Program-made: the position numbers and the translations under genes
Notes under the pieces: model-generated
Database searches by the model: none
What the model was told of the DNA's origin: nothing
What the model saw: the letters and a program-made list of their open reading frames with translations, nothing else
Assembly (NCBI GenBank): GCA_031372565.1
Contig: JANMLN010000002.1
Coordinates: 1 to 64,000 of the forward strand
Direction: 5' to 3'
Source: Gemmatimonadota bacterium
Lineage (GTDB): Bacteria; Gemmatimonadota; Gemmatimonadetes; Gemmatimonadales; Gemmatimonadaceae
Length of the DNA stretch: 64,000 bases
Part shown: positions 36,117-46,399 of the stretch, in pieces
Layout of the letters: each line of letters starts with the position of its first letter
Numbering within the stretch: the stretch's first letter is position 1

Positions 36117-37310
36117 CTACTTCACCACGATCGGCGCCGTCCAGCGGAACGTGCCCCACGACAGCACCAGTGCGCCGTGCCTCGCATCCGTGCTCGTGAT
36201 GTCGATGGTGAACTGCTCAACGGGGGCCGGGGGCGCGTCGACCTGCATGGAGGTCATCCCCACGTCGCGCGCCTCGTCGTAGTTCGTGCCCCACTGTCCC
36301 GTCTCGGCGCTGATCACGAGATCGGCCTTGCCAGACGCGCGCGGCACCGTCCACAGCGTGTACATGCCCGCCGCGAGCGGCACTCCGCCAAGGGTGATCG
36401 GGGCGCTCGTCGTGAACTGCGTGGCCGCATTCGCGCCCGTGCGCCAGACCTGGTCATAGCGGATGACGCTGCCGAGCAGCACGCGGCCGCGCGCGAGTGG
36501 CCGGCCGTAGTCCACCGTGATGGTGGCCGCGCCAATCGTGCCACGCACCGTATCGCGCACGCTCAGTTGGTTCGCGCCGCGCTTCTGCTCCGCGGCCAGC
36601 ATGTGCCCCGCGCTCGCCTCGACGTCGGGCAGCCGCGGGATACGCACCATCTGCACCTTGTACGTCGAGCGCTCGCCCGAGTACGACTGCAGGCGACCGG
36701 TGGAATCGACCACGGCGTCCCCGATGCCGGAGAGCCAATCGTGCCAGATCTCGACCTTGCCACCGCCCAACGGATGCACCCAGCCATCGTGCAGCGGGAA
36801 CTGGCTGACGTCGAAGTCCGGGTAGAACTGCTTGAGCGGTACGCTGTCGCCGCTCGGGAGCTTGAGTATGCTGGCACGCGCGAGTGCAGCCGCGATGTAG
36901 CGCTCCGCCAGCGCGTAGCTCTGCGGCACGTGCGGCAGCGCGAGTGCGCCGGCCACCCCCCACGCGAAGCGCTTGGTGCCGTTGCCATCCTTCGACTCGA
37001 CGATGGCGGAGTCGGCGGTGATGTCGGCGGTCACGCGCCGCTGCCGATCCTTCGCGTTCGGTGCGTTGGGCGTCGAGATGATCATGTCGAAGTGCCGGAT
37101 GCTGCCGTCCGGCGCGAGCACGATCTCCGTATGGCGCTGCCGGACAAAGGGCCAGCGATCGACCGCGTCCGACTGGATCGCGTCACCACGGCGCGCGACC
37201 GCTTCGACCGCCACCGTGTCGCGACCCAGCAAGGTGACAAAGCCGTACTGCTCGGCGCTCCGATCGACGCACGCGGTGAGCAGGAGGCAGGCAAGGGCAA
37301 GGCGCGTCAT
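36117..37310 (-). CDS. Lipoprotein with a C-terminal DUF2911 domain
   Basis: Lipobox LTAC; ITVDYGRPLARGR, VWRTGANAATQF, QWGTNYD. Confidence 0.85.
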   Translation of the reverse strand: MTRLALACLLLTACVDRSAEQYGFVTLLGRDTVAVEAVARRGDAIQSDAVDRWPFVRQRHTEIVLAPDGSIRHFDMIISTPNAPNAKDRQRRVTADITADSAIVESKDGNGTKRFAWGVAGALALPHVPQSYALAERYIAAALARASILKLPSGDSVPLKQFYPDFDVSQFPLHDGWVHPLGGGKVEIWHDWLSGIGDAVVDSTGRLQSYSGERSTYKVQMVRIPRLPDVEASAGHMLAAEQKRGANQLSVRDTVRGTIGAATITVDYGRPLARGRVLLGSVIRYDQVWRTGANAATQFTTSAPITLGGVPLAAGMYTLWTVPRASGKADLVISAETGQWGTNYDEARDVGMTSMQVDAPPAPVEQFTIDITSTDARHGALVLSWGTFRWTAPIVVK

Positions 37311-37447
37311 GGGCGTATCGGGATGGTGGAGTTCGCACGGCACGGGTCAGGACGTCGCCGGCCGGCACCGTGCGGCCCGGGTGGCTCGCGCCATGCGCCC
37401 CGGGGCGTACATTAGCGTCTGTCCCACTTACGGAGCCCGAACCGCCC

Positions 37448-39244
37448 GTGTTTCTCACGTCCCCAAAGTCGCAGACCGCCTACGACGTCATCGTCGTCGG
37501 CTCGGGTGCTGGCGGTGGCATGGCCGCCTACCAGCTCGCCACCTCGGGCCTCAAGGTGCTCGTGCTCGAAGCGGGCCGGCACTACGACCCCGTGCGCGAG
37601 ACGCCCATGTTCAACCTCCCGCGGGAGGCGCCGCTCATGGGTGGCGGCACGCGCGAAAAGCCCTTCGGCTTCTACGACGCGACGGTCGACGGTGGCTGGG
37701 ACGTGCCGGGCGAACCCTACACCAACGCGCCGGGCTCGAACTTCATGTGGTGGCGCTCGCGCATGCTCGGCGGACGCACCAACCACTGGGGGCGCATCTC
37801 GCTCCGGATGGGCGAGTACGACTTCAAGCCGAAGACGCGCGATGGCCTCGGCGCCGACTGGCCGCTCACCTACCAGGAGCTGGCGCCCTACTACGACAAG
37901 ACCGAGCTGCTCATCGGCGTCTTCGGTGGTGACGAGGAACTCGAGAACACGCCGCGCTCCTCGCCCGGCGTCCTCATGCCGCCGCCCAAGCCGTTTGCAA
38001 CCGAGCTGCTCACCCGCAAGCACGCCGCCCGCCTTGGTGTGCCCGTGATTCCGATTCACAAGAGCATCATGACGCAGCGACAGGATTACCTGACGCTGCC
38101 CAGGCGGATCCACCCCGACAATCCGCTCGCGCAACGCGTGCTGGCGCAGAGCATGAAGAGCCGCCAGGCCTGCTTCTACGCGACCGAGTGCGGCCGCGGC
38201 TGCTCGATCAAGGCGAACTTCCAGAGCACCACGGTGCTCATTCCGCCGGCGCTCCTCACCGGCAACTGCGACATCGTGCCCGATGCGATGGTGCGCGAGG
38301 TGCTGGTCGATGCCAAGGGCAACGCGACCGGTGTGCGCTACATCGACAAGGTGACCCGCACGGAGCGTGAAGCCAAGGCGCGCGTCGTCGTGCTCGCGGC
38401 CAGCGCTGCGGAGACGGCCCGCATCCTGCTCAACTCGAAGAGCCGGCAGTTTCCCAATGGCGTCGCCAACTCCAGCGGCCTCGTCGGCAAGTACCTGATG
38501 GACACCGTCGGGGCGGGGCTCAGCGTCCAGATTCCCGCGCTCGAGAACCTGCCGCCTCACAACACCGACGGCGTGAGCGGCGAGCACCTGTACATGCCGT
38601 GGTGGCTGTACAAGGAGCAATTGCGCGGCGATCTCGGATTCGCGCGCGGGTATCACATCGAGTTCGGCGGCGGTCGATCGATGCCCGGCCCCGGCATCTT
38701 CGGCGGACTCGAGCAGTACACCAACGGCGCCTACGGCAAGCGGTTCAAGGAGGAAGCGCGCCGCTACTACGGCTCCTTCATGTACTTCGACGGCCGCGGC
38801 GAGATGATCCCCAACGAGGACTCCTTCTGCGAGATCGATCCGGACGTGGTCGACCAGTGGGGGATTCCCGTGCTCCGCTTCCACTGGAAGTGGTCGGACC
38901 ACGAGACGCGCCAGGCCGCACACATGGTCAAGACGTTCGCGGAGATCGGCGCGGCGATGGGCGGCACCGTGGTGGGCGGCAAGGTGGAGACCGACGGCGC
39001 CAAGGCCATCGCGCGCGGCGGACAGATCATCCACGAAGTGGGGACGTGCCGCATGGGGGACGATCCGCGCACGTCGGTGCTCAATGCCTACCAGCAGAGC
39101 TGGGACGTCAAGAACCTGTTCGTGACCGACGGCGCGCCCTTCGTGTCCAACGCCGACAAGAACCCGACCCTCTCGATCCTCGCGCTCGCCTGGCGCACCT
39201 GCGACCACATCAAGAGCGAACTCGCCAAGCGGAACATCGGATGA
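37448..39244 (+). CDS. GMC-family oxidoreductase (glycoside/gluconate dehydrogenase-like flavoprotein)
   Basis: VVGSGAGGG, LGGRTNHWGR, CFYATECGRGC, IHEVGTCRMG, KNPTLSILALAWR. Confidence 0.92.
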   Translation: MFLTSPKSQTAYDVIVVGSGAGGGMAAYQLATSGLKVLVLEAGRHYDPVRETPMFNLPREAPLMGGGTREKPFGFYDATVDGGWDVPGEPYTNAPGSNFMWWRSRMLGGRTNHWGRISLRMGEYDFKPKTRDGLGADWPLTYQELAPYYDKTELLIGVFGGDEELENTPRSSPGVLMPPPKPFATELLTRKHAARLGVPVIPIHKSIMTQRQDYLTLPRRIHPDNPLAQRVLAQSMKSRQACFYATECGRGCSIKANFQSTTVLIPPALLTGNCDIVPDAMVREVLVDAKGNATGVRYIDKVTRTEREAKARVVVLAASAAETARILLNSKSRQFPNGVANSSGLVGKYLMDTVGAGLSVQIPALENLPPHNTDGVSGEHLYMPWWLYKEQLRGDLGFARGYHIEFGGGRSMPGPGIFGGLEQYTNGAYGKRFKEEARRYYGSFMYFDGRGEMIPNEDSFCEIDPDVVDQWGIPVLRFHWKWSDHETRQAAHMVKTFAEIGAAMGGTVVGGKVETDGAKAIARGGQIIHEVGTCRMGDDPRTSVLNAYQQSWDVKNLFVTDGAPFVSNADKNPTLSILALAWRTCDHIKSELAKRNIG

Positions 39245-39945
39245 GCCACGCCCCCAAGACCCCCGGCAACGACGACGCGACCTCCCGGCGGAGCGTCCTC
39301 AAGACCATGGCTGCCGGGATGGCCAGCCTCCCGGTTGCGACCGCACTCGGCGGACGCGCGCTTCCCCTCGCGCCCGCCGTTCCGGAAACGGCGGACGGCA
39401 GCGAGATCCTGGCCAACGCGCCGCGCACGGGACCACGCGGAACGCCCAGCGATCCCGACCTCCTGCACCCGAAGAAGGACTGGCCACGATTGCTCACGGC
39501 TGGCGAGTTGGCAACGCTGACCGTGCTCTGCGACACGATCATTCCGGCGGATGATCACGGACCGGCCGCATCGGCGGCTGGCGTACCGGCGTGGATCAAC
39601 GAGTACGTGAGCCACCCGTCGGATGGCTCGAAGCGCGATCTCGTCCGTGTGCGCGGAGGTTTGGCGTGGCTCGACGCCGAGTCGAAGCAGCGCTTCGCCA
39701 AGTCGTTCCGGACGCTCACGATGGCCGAGCGGCACCAGATCTGCGACGACATCTGCTTTCTGCCGAACGCGAAGTCCGGGTTCAAGGCGGCTGCGCGCTT
39801 CTTCGACCTCGTGCGCGACCTGTCGTCGAGCGGATACTACAGCTCGGATGCCGGGATGAAGGACCTGCGCTACATCGGCAATGTCGCACTGCCCAAGTTC
39901 GACGGGCCGCCGCCGGAAGTACTTCGCCACCTCGGGCTGGAGTAG
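39241..39945 (+). CDS. Gluconate 2-dehydrogenase subunit 3-family (Tat partner) protein
   Basis: SRRSVLK; DTIIPADD, GLAWLD, GYYSSDAGMKDLRYIGN; overlaps the GMC stop codon. Confidence 0.88.
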   Translation: MSHAPKTPGNDDATSRRSVLKTMAAGMASLPVATALGGRALPLAPAVPETADGSEILANAPRTGPRGTPSDPDLLHPKKDWPRLLTAGELATLTVLCDTIIPADDHGPAASAAGVPAWINEYVSHPSDGSKRDLVRVRGGLAWLDAESKQRFAKSFRTLTMAERHQICDDICFLPNAKSGFKAAARFFDLVRDLSSSGYYSSDAGMKDLRYIGNVALPKFDGPPPEVLRHLGLE

Positions 39946-39972
39946 CCGCGCCGGTCCAACGGCGCTCCGTCG

Positions 39973-40542
39973 TCAGGCGCGGCGGGCGGCGAGCAGGTTG
40001 AGATGGTGGCTCTCGTGATAGTGCGCGAACATCAGCATCTCACGCACGGTCAGGCGTCCGAGCAGCGGATGCTTGATCGCGTATCGGTCGAGCGCCGCTT
40101 CATCCCATCGACGCGCACCTGCCACCACCTCCGCGTGCGCCATGCACCACCGGTCGATGACCTCACGCCGGTAGCCGTCCAGATCCGGCGGCAGCGGCTT
40201 CGCCTCCGGCGCGAACGGCCCGGCCTGACCGCCAGCCGACAGCGCCGCACGATACGCATCGATGAGCGTGAGAAAGCGGCGCGACTCCGCGCGGGGCGAT
40301 CCGAAGGCGACGCGCAGCATGAACCGCGGAACCGTCAGCCCCTTGGCAATCGCGAAATCCGACTTGGCAAGATGCCGCACGTGATCGCCGGGCGACCAGC
40401 GATCCCCCTGCGCACGCACGAACTCGTCGACCGGAATGCCGGCGAGATACTCGGCGGCTGCCCCGCGCAGCTTCACCATCGCGGAGACGAGCTCCACGCC
40501 CGAGTACGGTGTGCCCGGATCGAATGGTAGTGCAGCAGTCAT
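39973..40542 (-). CDS. DinB-family protein
   Basis: WSPGDHVRHL, HPLLGRLTVREML..HYHESHH. Confidence 0.85.
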   Translation of the reverse strand: MTAALPFDPGTPYSGVELVSAMVKLRGAAAEYLAGIPVDEFVRAQGDRWSPGDHVRHLAKSDFAIAKGLTVPRFMLRVAFGSPRAESRRFLTLIDAYRAALSAGGQAGPFAPEAKPLPPDLDGYRREVIDRWCMAHAEVVAGARRWDEAALDRYAIKHPLLGRLTVREMLMFAHYHESHHLNLLAARRA

Positions 40543-40625
40543 GCGGGAAAGGTCGTCCGCTACCCGCGTGACCGCTACACCCCCCCTCTGGACAACCACG
40601 GGTCAGCGCTGTCGTTTCCGCTCCC

Positions 40626-41921
40626 ATGACTGACGACACGACTGCGTCTCGCCGCGACTTCCTCGGCTTCCTTGCCGGAAGCCCGATCCTCATGGCCGCC
40701 GGCCTCGATGGTCACGTGCTCCGCGATCTCACGGGCGCGAGTCCGCGTCGTACGGCGGCGGCCCTGCTCGAGGCGCAGAAGGCGGTGCAGGACGCATCCG
40801 TCATCACCAAGGCCAGTCAGGCGCTCAATGTGTTCGACTTCGAGCCGGTGGCGAAGAAGAAGATCCCCGTCGCGCACTGGGCCTACATGGCGACCGGCAC
40901 CGATGACGACGGGACCATTCGCGCCAATCGTGACGGATTCGACCGGTGGGCGCTCAAACCGCGCCGCCTGGTGGACGTCAGCAAGATCGACGCGAGCGTG
41001 ACACTGTACGGCACGCGCTACCCGACGCCGATCGTGATCAACCCCGTCGGCAGCCAGCGGGCTTTTCATCCGGAGGGCGAGTTGGCCGTCGCGCGTGCGG
41101 CCAAGGCCAAGGATCACCTGCAGGTGCTCTCGACCGTCGCGACCACATCCATCGAGGACGTGATCGCTGCCCGCGGTGGCACCGTCTGGTTCCAGCTCTA
41201 CCACGAGACAGATTGGGCGCGCACCCGGCAGATGGTCCTGCGCGCCGAGAAGGCCGGTGCCGCGGCCATCGTCTTCACGGTGGACTTGAACGGCGGGAGC
41301 AATCGCGAGACGATGATCCGCGGAGCGCGTGCCGACACGCGCACCTGCACCACCTGTCACGTGGGCGGCGCGCCGATTCCCGGCATGCAAGGGGTGAGCG
41401 ACCGGGACAATCGCCGCAAGCCGAACCTCGTGGGCTACCGTGACGATCCACCCATTCCGGAGATCGGTACCCCGACCTGGGAGTTCATCGATCGCCTGAA
41501 GGCCACCCTCACGACGGCCAAGGTCATGGTCAAGGGGATCGTCACGCGCGACGACGCCGAGCTGGCCGTCGCACGGGGCGTGGACGGTCTCTTCGTGAGC
41601 AACCACGGCGGACGTGCCGAGAACTCGTTGCGCGCCACGATCACGTCACTGCCCGACGTGATCGAGGGGACGCAGGGGCGCATTCCCGTCATCTGTGACG
41701 GCGGCTTCCGGCGTGGCACCGACGTCTACAAGGCGATGGCGCTCGGGGCCTCATCCGCCGGCATCGGACGCCCCTACATCTGGGGGCTCGGCGCCTTCGG
41801 ACAAGAAGGAGTCGAGATGGTGCTCCACCTGCTTCGCAAGGAGTTCGAACTCGTGATGCGGCAGATGGGGACCGTCAACATCGCCTCCATCTCGCGCAAC
41901 GCGATCACACCACGCGTGTAG
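40626..41921 (+). CDS. Tat-exported FMN-dependent alpha-hydroxy-acid oxidase with a CxxCH insert
   Basis: SRRDFLG; PRRLVDVS, WFQLY, VKGI, SNHGGR, DGGFRRGTD, GRPYIWGL; CTTCH at 41346-41360. Confidence 0.9.
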   Translation: MTDDTTASRRDFLGFLAGSPILMAAGLDGHVLRDLTGASPRRTAAALLEAQKAVQDASVITKASQALNVFDFEPVAKKKIPVAHWAYMATGTDDDGTIRANRDGFDRWALKPRRLVDVSKIDASVTLYGTRYPTPIVINPVGSQRAFHPEGELAVARAAKAKDHLQVLSTVATTSIEDVIAARGGTVWFQLYHETDWARTRQMVLRAEKAGAAAIVFTVDLNGGSNRETMIRGARADTRTCTTCHVGGAPIPGMQGVSDRDNRRKPNLVGYRDDPPIPEIGTPTWEFIDRLKATLTTAKVMVKGIVTRDDAELAVARGVDGLFVSNHGGRAENSLRATITSLPDVIEGTQGRIPVICDGGFRRGTDVYKAMALGASSAGIGRPYIWGLGAFGQEGVEMVLHLLRKEFELVMRQMGTVNIASISRNAITPRV

Positions 41922-42080
41922 TGGTGCGCTGCTGGCCGGCTGGAGGTCGGCAGGCGCGGACCGCATCGACGGAGAAACCGCAGGCGCTGGCTGCGTCGCG
42001 TGTTGGCCCCGGACGTGCGACCCGCTGGCGGCCGCGCGGCCGGTCGCCAGATTCCACGCATCCACTTCCTGGTCTCCCAC

Positions 42081-42530
42081 ATGATCGCTGATCGCCTTGA
42101 CCGCGCCGACCAGTACGGCGGCCTGCCTGCGCGCATTCGCACCGCCATCGACTGGCTGCGTGCCACCGACCTCGCGGCGCTGAGCGTCGGTCGCGTCGAC
42201 CTCGAGGGCGACGCCCTCTTCGCGCTCGTGCAGGAGTACGACACGAAACCGATGGCGGACGGCCTCTGGGAGGCCCACCGGAAGTACATCGACGTGCAGT
42301 ATGTCGTGCGCGGCCGCGAACGCATGGGCTATACACCGCTCGAGACGATCACCATCACCAAGCCGTATGACGAGGAGAAGGACTACCTCAACGGCACCGG
42401 GCCGGGCAGCTTCGTCGATGCGCCCGCCGGCATGGTCTTCGTGCTCTGGCCCGGCGACGCCCACATGCCGGGCATGCAGGTGGACGGGCCGGAACCGGTA
42501 CGGAAGATCGTCCTCAAGGTCGCCGTGTAG
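42081..42530 (+). CDS. YhcH/YjgK/YiaL (DUF386) family protein
   Basis: WEAHRKYIDVQYVVRGRE, YDEEKD, PGDAHMP, KIVLKV. Confidence 0.92.
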   Translation: MIADRLDRADQYGGLPARIRTAIDWLRATDLAALSVGRVDLEGDALFALVQEYDTKPMADGLWEAHRKYIDVQYVVRGRERMGYTPLETITITKPYDEEKDYLNGTGPGSFVDAPAGMVFVLWPGDAHMPGMQVDGPEPVRKIVLKVAV

Positions 42531-42565
42531 CGCCCGGTCGCCGCGACCTGCATGACCGGCGCGAC

Positions 42566-45559
42566 CTACCGGGTCCGCGCGGATCGCTGCACCATCACCG
42601 CTCCCGAACGCAGCTGCGCCTGCGTGTAGACCTCGCCGTTCTTCACCACGACCTGCACGCGCCGAGCGTCCGTGATGGACACGAGCGGATTTCCCTCCAC
42701 GGCGATCAGGTCCGCCAGCTTCCCCGGCGCGATCGTGCCGAGATCCTGCTCCACGCCGACGATCCGGGCGAACGCGCTGGTCGCCGTCATCAGCGCTTCA
42801 CGCGGCGTGAGGCCCGCCTCCTCCACGTAGTTCTGCAGCTCGACCTGCAGACCGAGGCCGAACGGGATGATCGGCGAGTCGGTCCCCGCCATCACGCGCC
42901 CGCCCCCGGCCAGCACGCGCCGGACGGTCTCGCCAAGGGACTTGACCATCGCCGGCGTGGTCGAGTTTGGCGTGATCACGGTCGAACGCGCACTGGCCTT
43001 GAGCCCGTCCACGTACGCGGGACCGTAGGCGATGAGGAGCCGGGGGTCGTCGAGCAGTGACGGGTTCTTGCCCACGGCCACGCCGAATCCTCCCTGCAGC
43101 GCCACCGTCGGCGTGATGCTCATGCCGCTCGCCGTCAGCAACGCGATCAGGTCGTCGTACGACCGCGACATGCGGCTCATCTTCGGACTGTAACCCCGGC
43201 GACTGGTGCCGCTGATGTGCTCGGTATGATCCATCCCGATCGCCACCGCGGGATAGATCTCGTGCGACGCGACCGGAATCCCGTTCGCATGCGCCACCTC
43301 GACGATTCGCGCCTGCAGCGCGTCCGGAAGCCGCACGTACGTCTTGATGAGCGAGAAGTCGAGCTGCGACGCGCGCTCCAGCTCCTGCGCGAGCTGCGCT
43401 CCCGGCGTCATCGCGTTGTTGAAGTTGTAGTAGATGCGCTCCCCATCGAAGATCCGTCCGGTCGAGAGCGCGCGCAGCCCGACGCGCACCCCCGCCTCCA
43501 CCGCTTCGCGGCGCTCGCGCATCTGGAACGGCTCGCTCGCCGGGTCGCGCACCGTCGTGATCCCGTACGAGAGCCACGTGCGCCCCAGCCCTTCGCCCAC
43601 GCCGAACCCTTCGTGCGCGTGCGCGTCGGCCAATCCGGGCATCACCGTGTACGCGCTCGCATCCACCACGCTATCGCGGTGCAGCGCCGTCGCGTGCGGC
43701 ACCACGCGCGTGATCCGGTGGCCCCGCACCACCACGTCCACGTTCTCGCGTACCGCCTGTGCCGTGCCATCCCAGAGCCGGCCCGCATGCACCACGACCG
43801 TCCGCGCGGGGTGCGCCCGCGTCCACGTGAGCGGCACGGGGACTGCGCGTGTCAGTCCCGATACGACATCCACGGCGCGCAGCCCATCGGTGGCCTGATA
43901 CAGCACCGTGCGACTGTCTCCGCTCCAGCTCGGCCCGTTGGCCAGTTCGCTCGACAATCGCGTGGGTGCGCCGATGAGCTCGCCCGTCGGCGACACGGGG
44001 ACCGTCCACAGCAGACCATCGAGGACATACGCCATCCGCTGGCCATCGGGGGACCAGACCGGCCCGTCGTTGCCGCGTGTGCTGATGCCGCGCCCGCTCG
44101 GTAGCACCACCCATCGGTCGCCCTTCCCTTGCGTATCGAACAGCAGGATCTCGTTGCGTCCCTCGCGATAGCGGCCGGAGTTCGCGTGCAAGGCGGTCAC
44201 GGCCAGTGTGCGTCCATCCGGACTGAACGTGACGCGCGACGGCAGGAAGATGCCGGTCTTGACGATGCGTACCGTGCCGGTGGCGACCGACACCGCCTGA
44301 ATCTCCGTGCCGAGACTCCGCTGCGCCTGAAAGACGATCTCGCGTCCGTCCGGCGTCCAGGCCGGCAGTCCGGCGCCGCCGACGATCGTGGTGAGCGCGC
44401 GCTCGCTGCCGGACGCCACGTCGCGCAGCCAGAGCTCCATCGTCCCGCTCTTGTCGCTCACGTACACGATCGTGCGTCCATCGGGTGACCACGCGGGGTC
44501 GAACTGGACGAACGGATCCCGGGTGAGCTGCGTCAGCGCACCGCGTCGCAGCTGGTACAAGTCGCCGAGGGCGCCAAAGACGATCGTGGTCCCATCAGGG
44601 GAGAGCGCCGGACTGAGGATGCCGCGCACCGGCTCGGGCTTGGACGACTCGAAGTCACGTCGCCGCCTCGCGTAGGCCGTCCGCGTGAACTGCACACGCC
44701 CGTCGAAGGCCACGTCGGTGACTGGACCGCCCGTCGCGCTGACGCGCCGCATCTTGCCATCACCCGTGTACAGCAGCTCCTCGTTCGAGAGCCATGCGGC
44801 GCGGAACGGAAACGGATCGCTGCCGGCCGGCGAGATGACGCGTGGCTCTCCTCCCTTGCCGGCGATCATCAGGCGCATGTCGCCAAAGACGTAGTCGGTA
44901 AACGCGATGCGATTGCCATCGGGACTCCACGACGGGGCCGTGGGCGTCCCGGGTGAGGCGACCCAGCGTGACTGCACCCCCGCGGCGTCTCGCACCCAGA
45001 TGCCGCGTCCGCCCGCGCGCAGGCTCAGGAACGCGATCGCGCCGGTGCCGCGATGCACCGAGGGGGCCGCATCATCGGCGGGATCGGTGGTGAGCTGCGT
45101 CAGCGCACCGGTCGCCAGCTCCATCTGCCAGATGTCGTAGTTCCCGGAACGGTCGGAGCTGAACACGATCGAGCGACCGTCCGGCGTATAGTCGGGCTCC
45201 CGCTCGTCGAAGTCGCCGGTGGTGTGCTGGCGCAGGTCGCTCCCGTCACGCGCGATGCTCCAGATGTGCCACGTACCGTCCTTGTAGCTCTGGAAGGCAA
45301 TGCGGCTGCCGTCCGGACTCCACGCGGGTTGCCGCGCCTCGGCGAGCAACTCGGTGAGCACCGTCGCCGTGCCGCCGGTGGCCGGCAGGGTCCAGATGCG
45401 CCCCACGAGATCGAACGCGATGGTGCGTCCGTCGGGCGACAGCGCCGCGGCGATGTTGGTGCCCTCGCGCAGGCGCAGATCGACCGCGCGGGTTTGGGCG
45501 TGCGCGGCCGGCACGGAGCCGAGCGCGAGGAGGCAGGCGAAGCGGGGGAAGAGGCGCAT
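42566..45559 (-). CDS. Secreted TolB-like (PD40) propeller + amidohydrolase
   Basis: Repeated WSPDG motifs; MPGLADAHAH, AGTDSP, GTIAPGKLADL. Confidence 0.88.
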   Translation of the reverse strand: MRLFPRFACLLALGSVPAAHAQTRAVDLRLREGTNIAAALSPDGRTIAFDLVGRIWTLPATGGTATVLTELLAEARQPAWSPDGSRIAFQSYKDGTWHIWSIARDGSDLRQHTTGDFDEREPDYTPDGRSIVFSSDRSGNYDIWQMELATGALTQLTTDPADDAAPSVHRGTGAIAFLSLRAGGRGIWVRDAAGVQSRWVASPGTPTAPSWSPDGNRIAFTDYVFGDMRLMIAGKGGEPRVISPAGSDPFPFRAAWLSNEELLYTGDGKMRRVSATGGPVTDVAFDGRVQFTRTAYARRRRDFESSKPEPVRGILSPALSPDGTTIVFGALGDLYQLRRGALTQLTRDPFVQFDPAWSPDGRTIVYVSDKSGTMELWLRDVASGSERALTTIVGGAGLPAWTPDGREIVFQAQRSLGTEIQAVSVATGTVRIVKTGIFLPSRVTFSPDGRTLAVTALHANSGRYREGRNEILLFDTQGKGDRWVVLPSGRGISTRGNDGPVWSPDGQRMAYVLDGLLWTVPVSPTGELIGAPTRLSSELANGPSWSGDSRTVLYQATDGLRAVDVVSGLTRAVPVPLTWTRAHPARTVVVHAGRLWDGTAQAVRENVDVVVRGHRITRVVPHATALHRDSVVDASAYTVMPGLADAHAHEGFGVGEGLGRTWLSYGITTVRDPASEPFQMRERREAVEAGVRVGLRALSTGRIFDGERIYYNFNNAMTPGAQLAQELERASQLDFSLIKTYVRLPDALQARIVEVAHANGIPVASHEIYPAVAIGMDHTEHISGTSRRGYSPKMSRMSRSYDDLIALLTASGMSITPTVALQGGFGVAVGKNPSLLDDPRLLIAYGPAYVDGLKASARSTVITPNSTTPAMVKSLGETVRRVLAGGGRVMAGTDSPIIPFGLGLQVELQNYVEEAGLTPREALMTATSAFARIVGVEQDLGTIAPGKLADLIAVEGNPLVSITDARRVQVVVKNGEVYTQAQLRSGAVMVQRSARTR

Positions 45560-45646
45560 CGCGCAATAGTGCGCCGCGCGCAGGTCGAACGCCAGCAGTC
45601 GTCGGGCGCTGGTCGTGGGGTGCAGGTGGCCCGCAGGCGGGGGCCG

Positions 45647-46279
45647 TTAGTACGCCAACCCGACGCGCTGGTTCACGTACTCGCGGCGCTCGATCTCGTC
45701 GACGAGGAAGCCGGCGAGATCCTCGCAGGAGATCTGCTTGCCAGCCAGCGGCATGCGGCTCCCTCCATTGCGAAACTGTCGCGTGCGCGTGCCGGACACG
45801 ATATCCGGGGTGCACGCCACCGTCCACTCGAGCGTACCGGCAAGCATGGCGCGCCATGCGGCGTCATGTTCGGCCGAGATCGCGCGGAACACCTCCGGAT
45901 AGCGCGGCGAGGCGCGTCGCTGACCGCTGCCGTCGTCGGCGTCCAGGATGCCGCCACCGGCCACCGCGAGCACGCGCGTGATGCCGAGCCGCTCCCCGGC
46001 CTCGATGATGTGCGCCATCCCCGTGCGCAGCGTGCCGACGGGCGCGCGAAAGTTGTCATCGCCCAGCGCACTGATCACCACCTGCGCGCCGGTGAGCGTC
46101 GCCTCGACCGCCGCGAGATCGGTGACATCGCCCGGCGTGATGTGCGCACCGGCGTGCACCGCCCCGAGCCGCGCGACGTCGCGGACCAGCAACCGTAACT
46201 CATGACCGGCGTCGCGGGCGTACTCACAGACACGAGAGCCGACGCGTCCCGTCGAGCCAAAGACCGCGAGCGTAATCAT
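45647..46279 (-). CDS. NAD(P)H-binding flavin/biliverdin-reductase-like protein
   Basis: VFGSTGRVG, GDVTD, LEWT, ISCEDLAGF. Confidence 0.85.
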   Translation of the reverse strand: MITLAVFGSTGRVGSRVCEYARDAGHELRLLVRDVARLGAVHAGAHITPGDVTDLAAVEATLTGAQVVISALGDDNFRAPVGTLRTGMAHIIEAGERLGITRVLAVAGGGILDADDGSGQRRASPRYPEVFRAISAEHDAAWRAMLAGTLEWTVACTPDIVSGTRTRQFRNGGSRMPLAGKQISCEDLAGFLVDEIERREYVNQRVGLAY

Positions 46280-46399
46280 TGGGGGCGGATGAAGGAACGC
46301 GCACGGTTCCGGCACGACCGGCACATGACCCGTATTATATCAGGCGACACCGTCTCGCCCCGATGCCCATGCGCGCTACACCAACGGCTGATCGCGATC

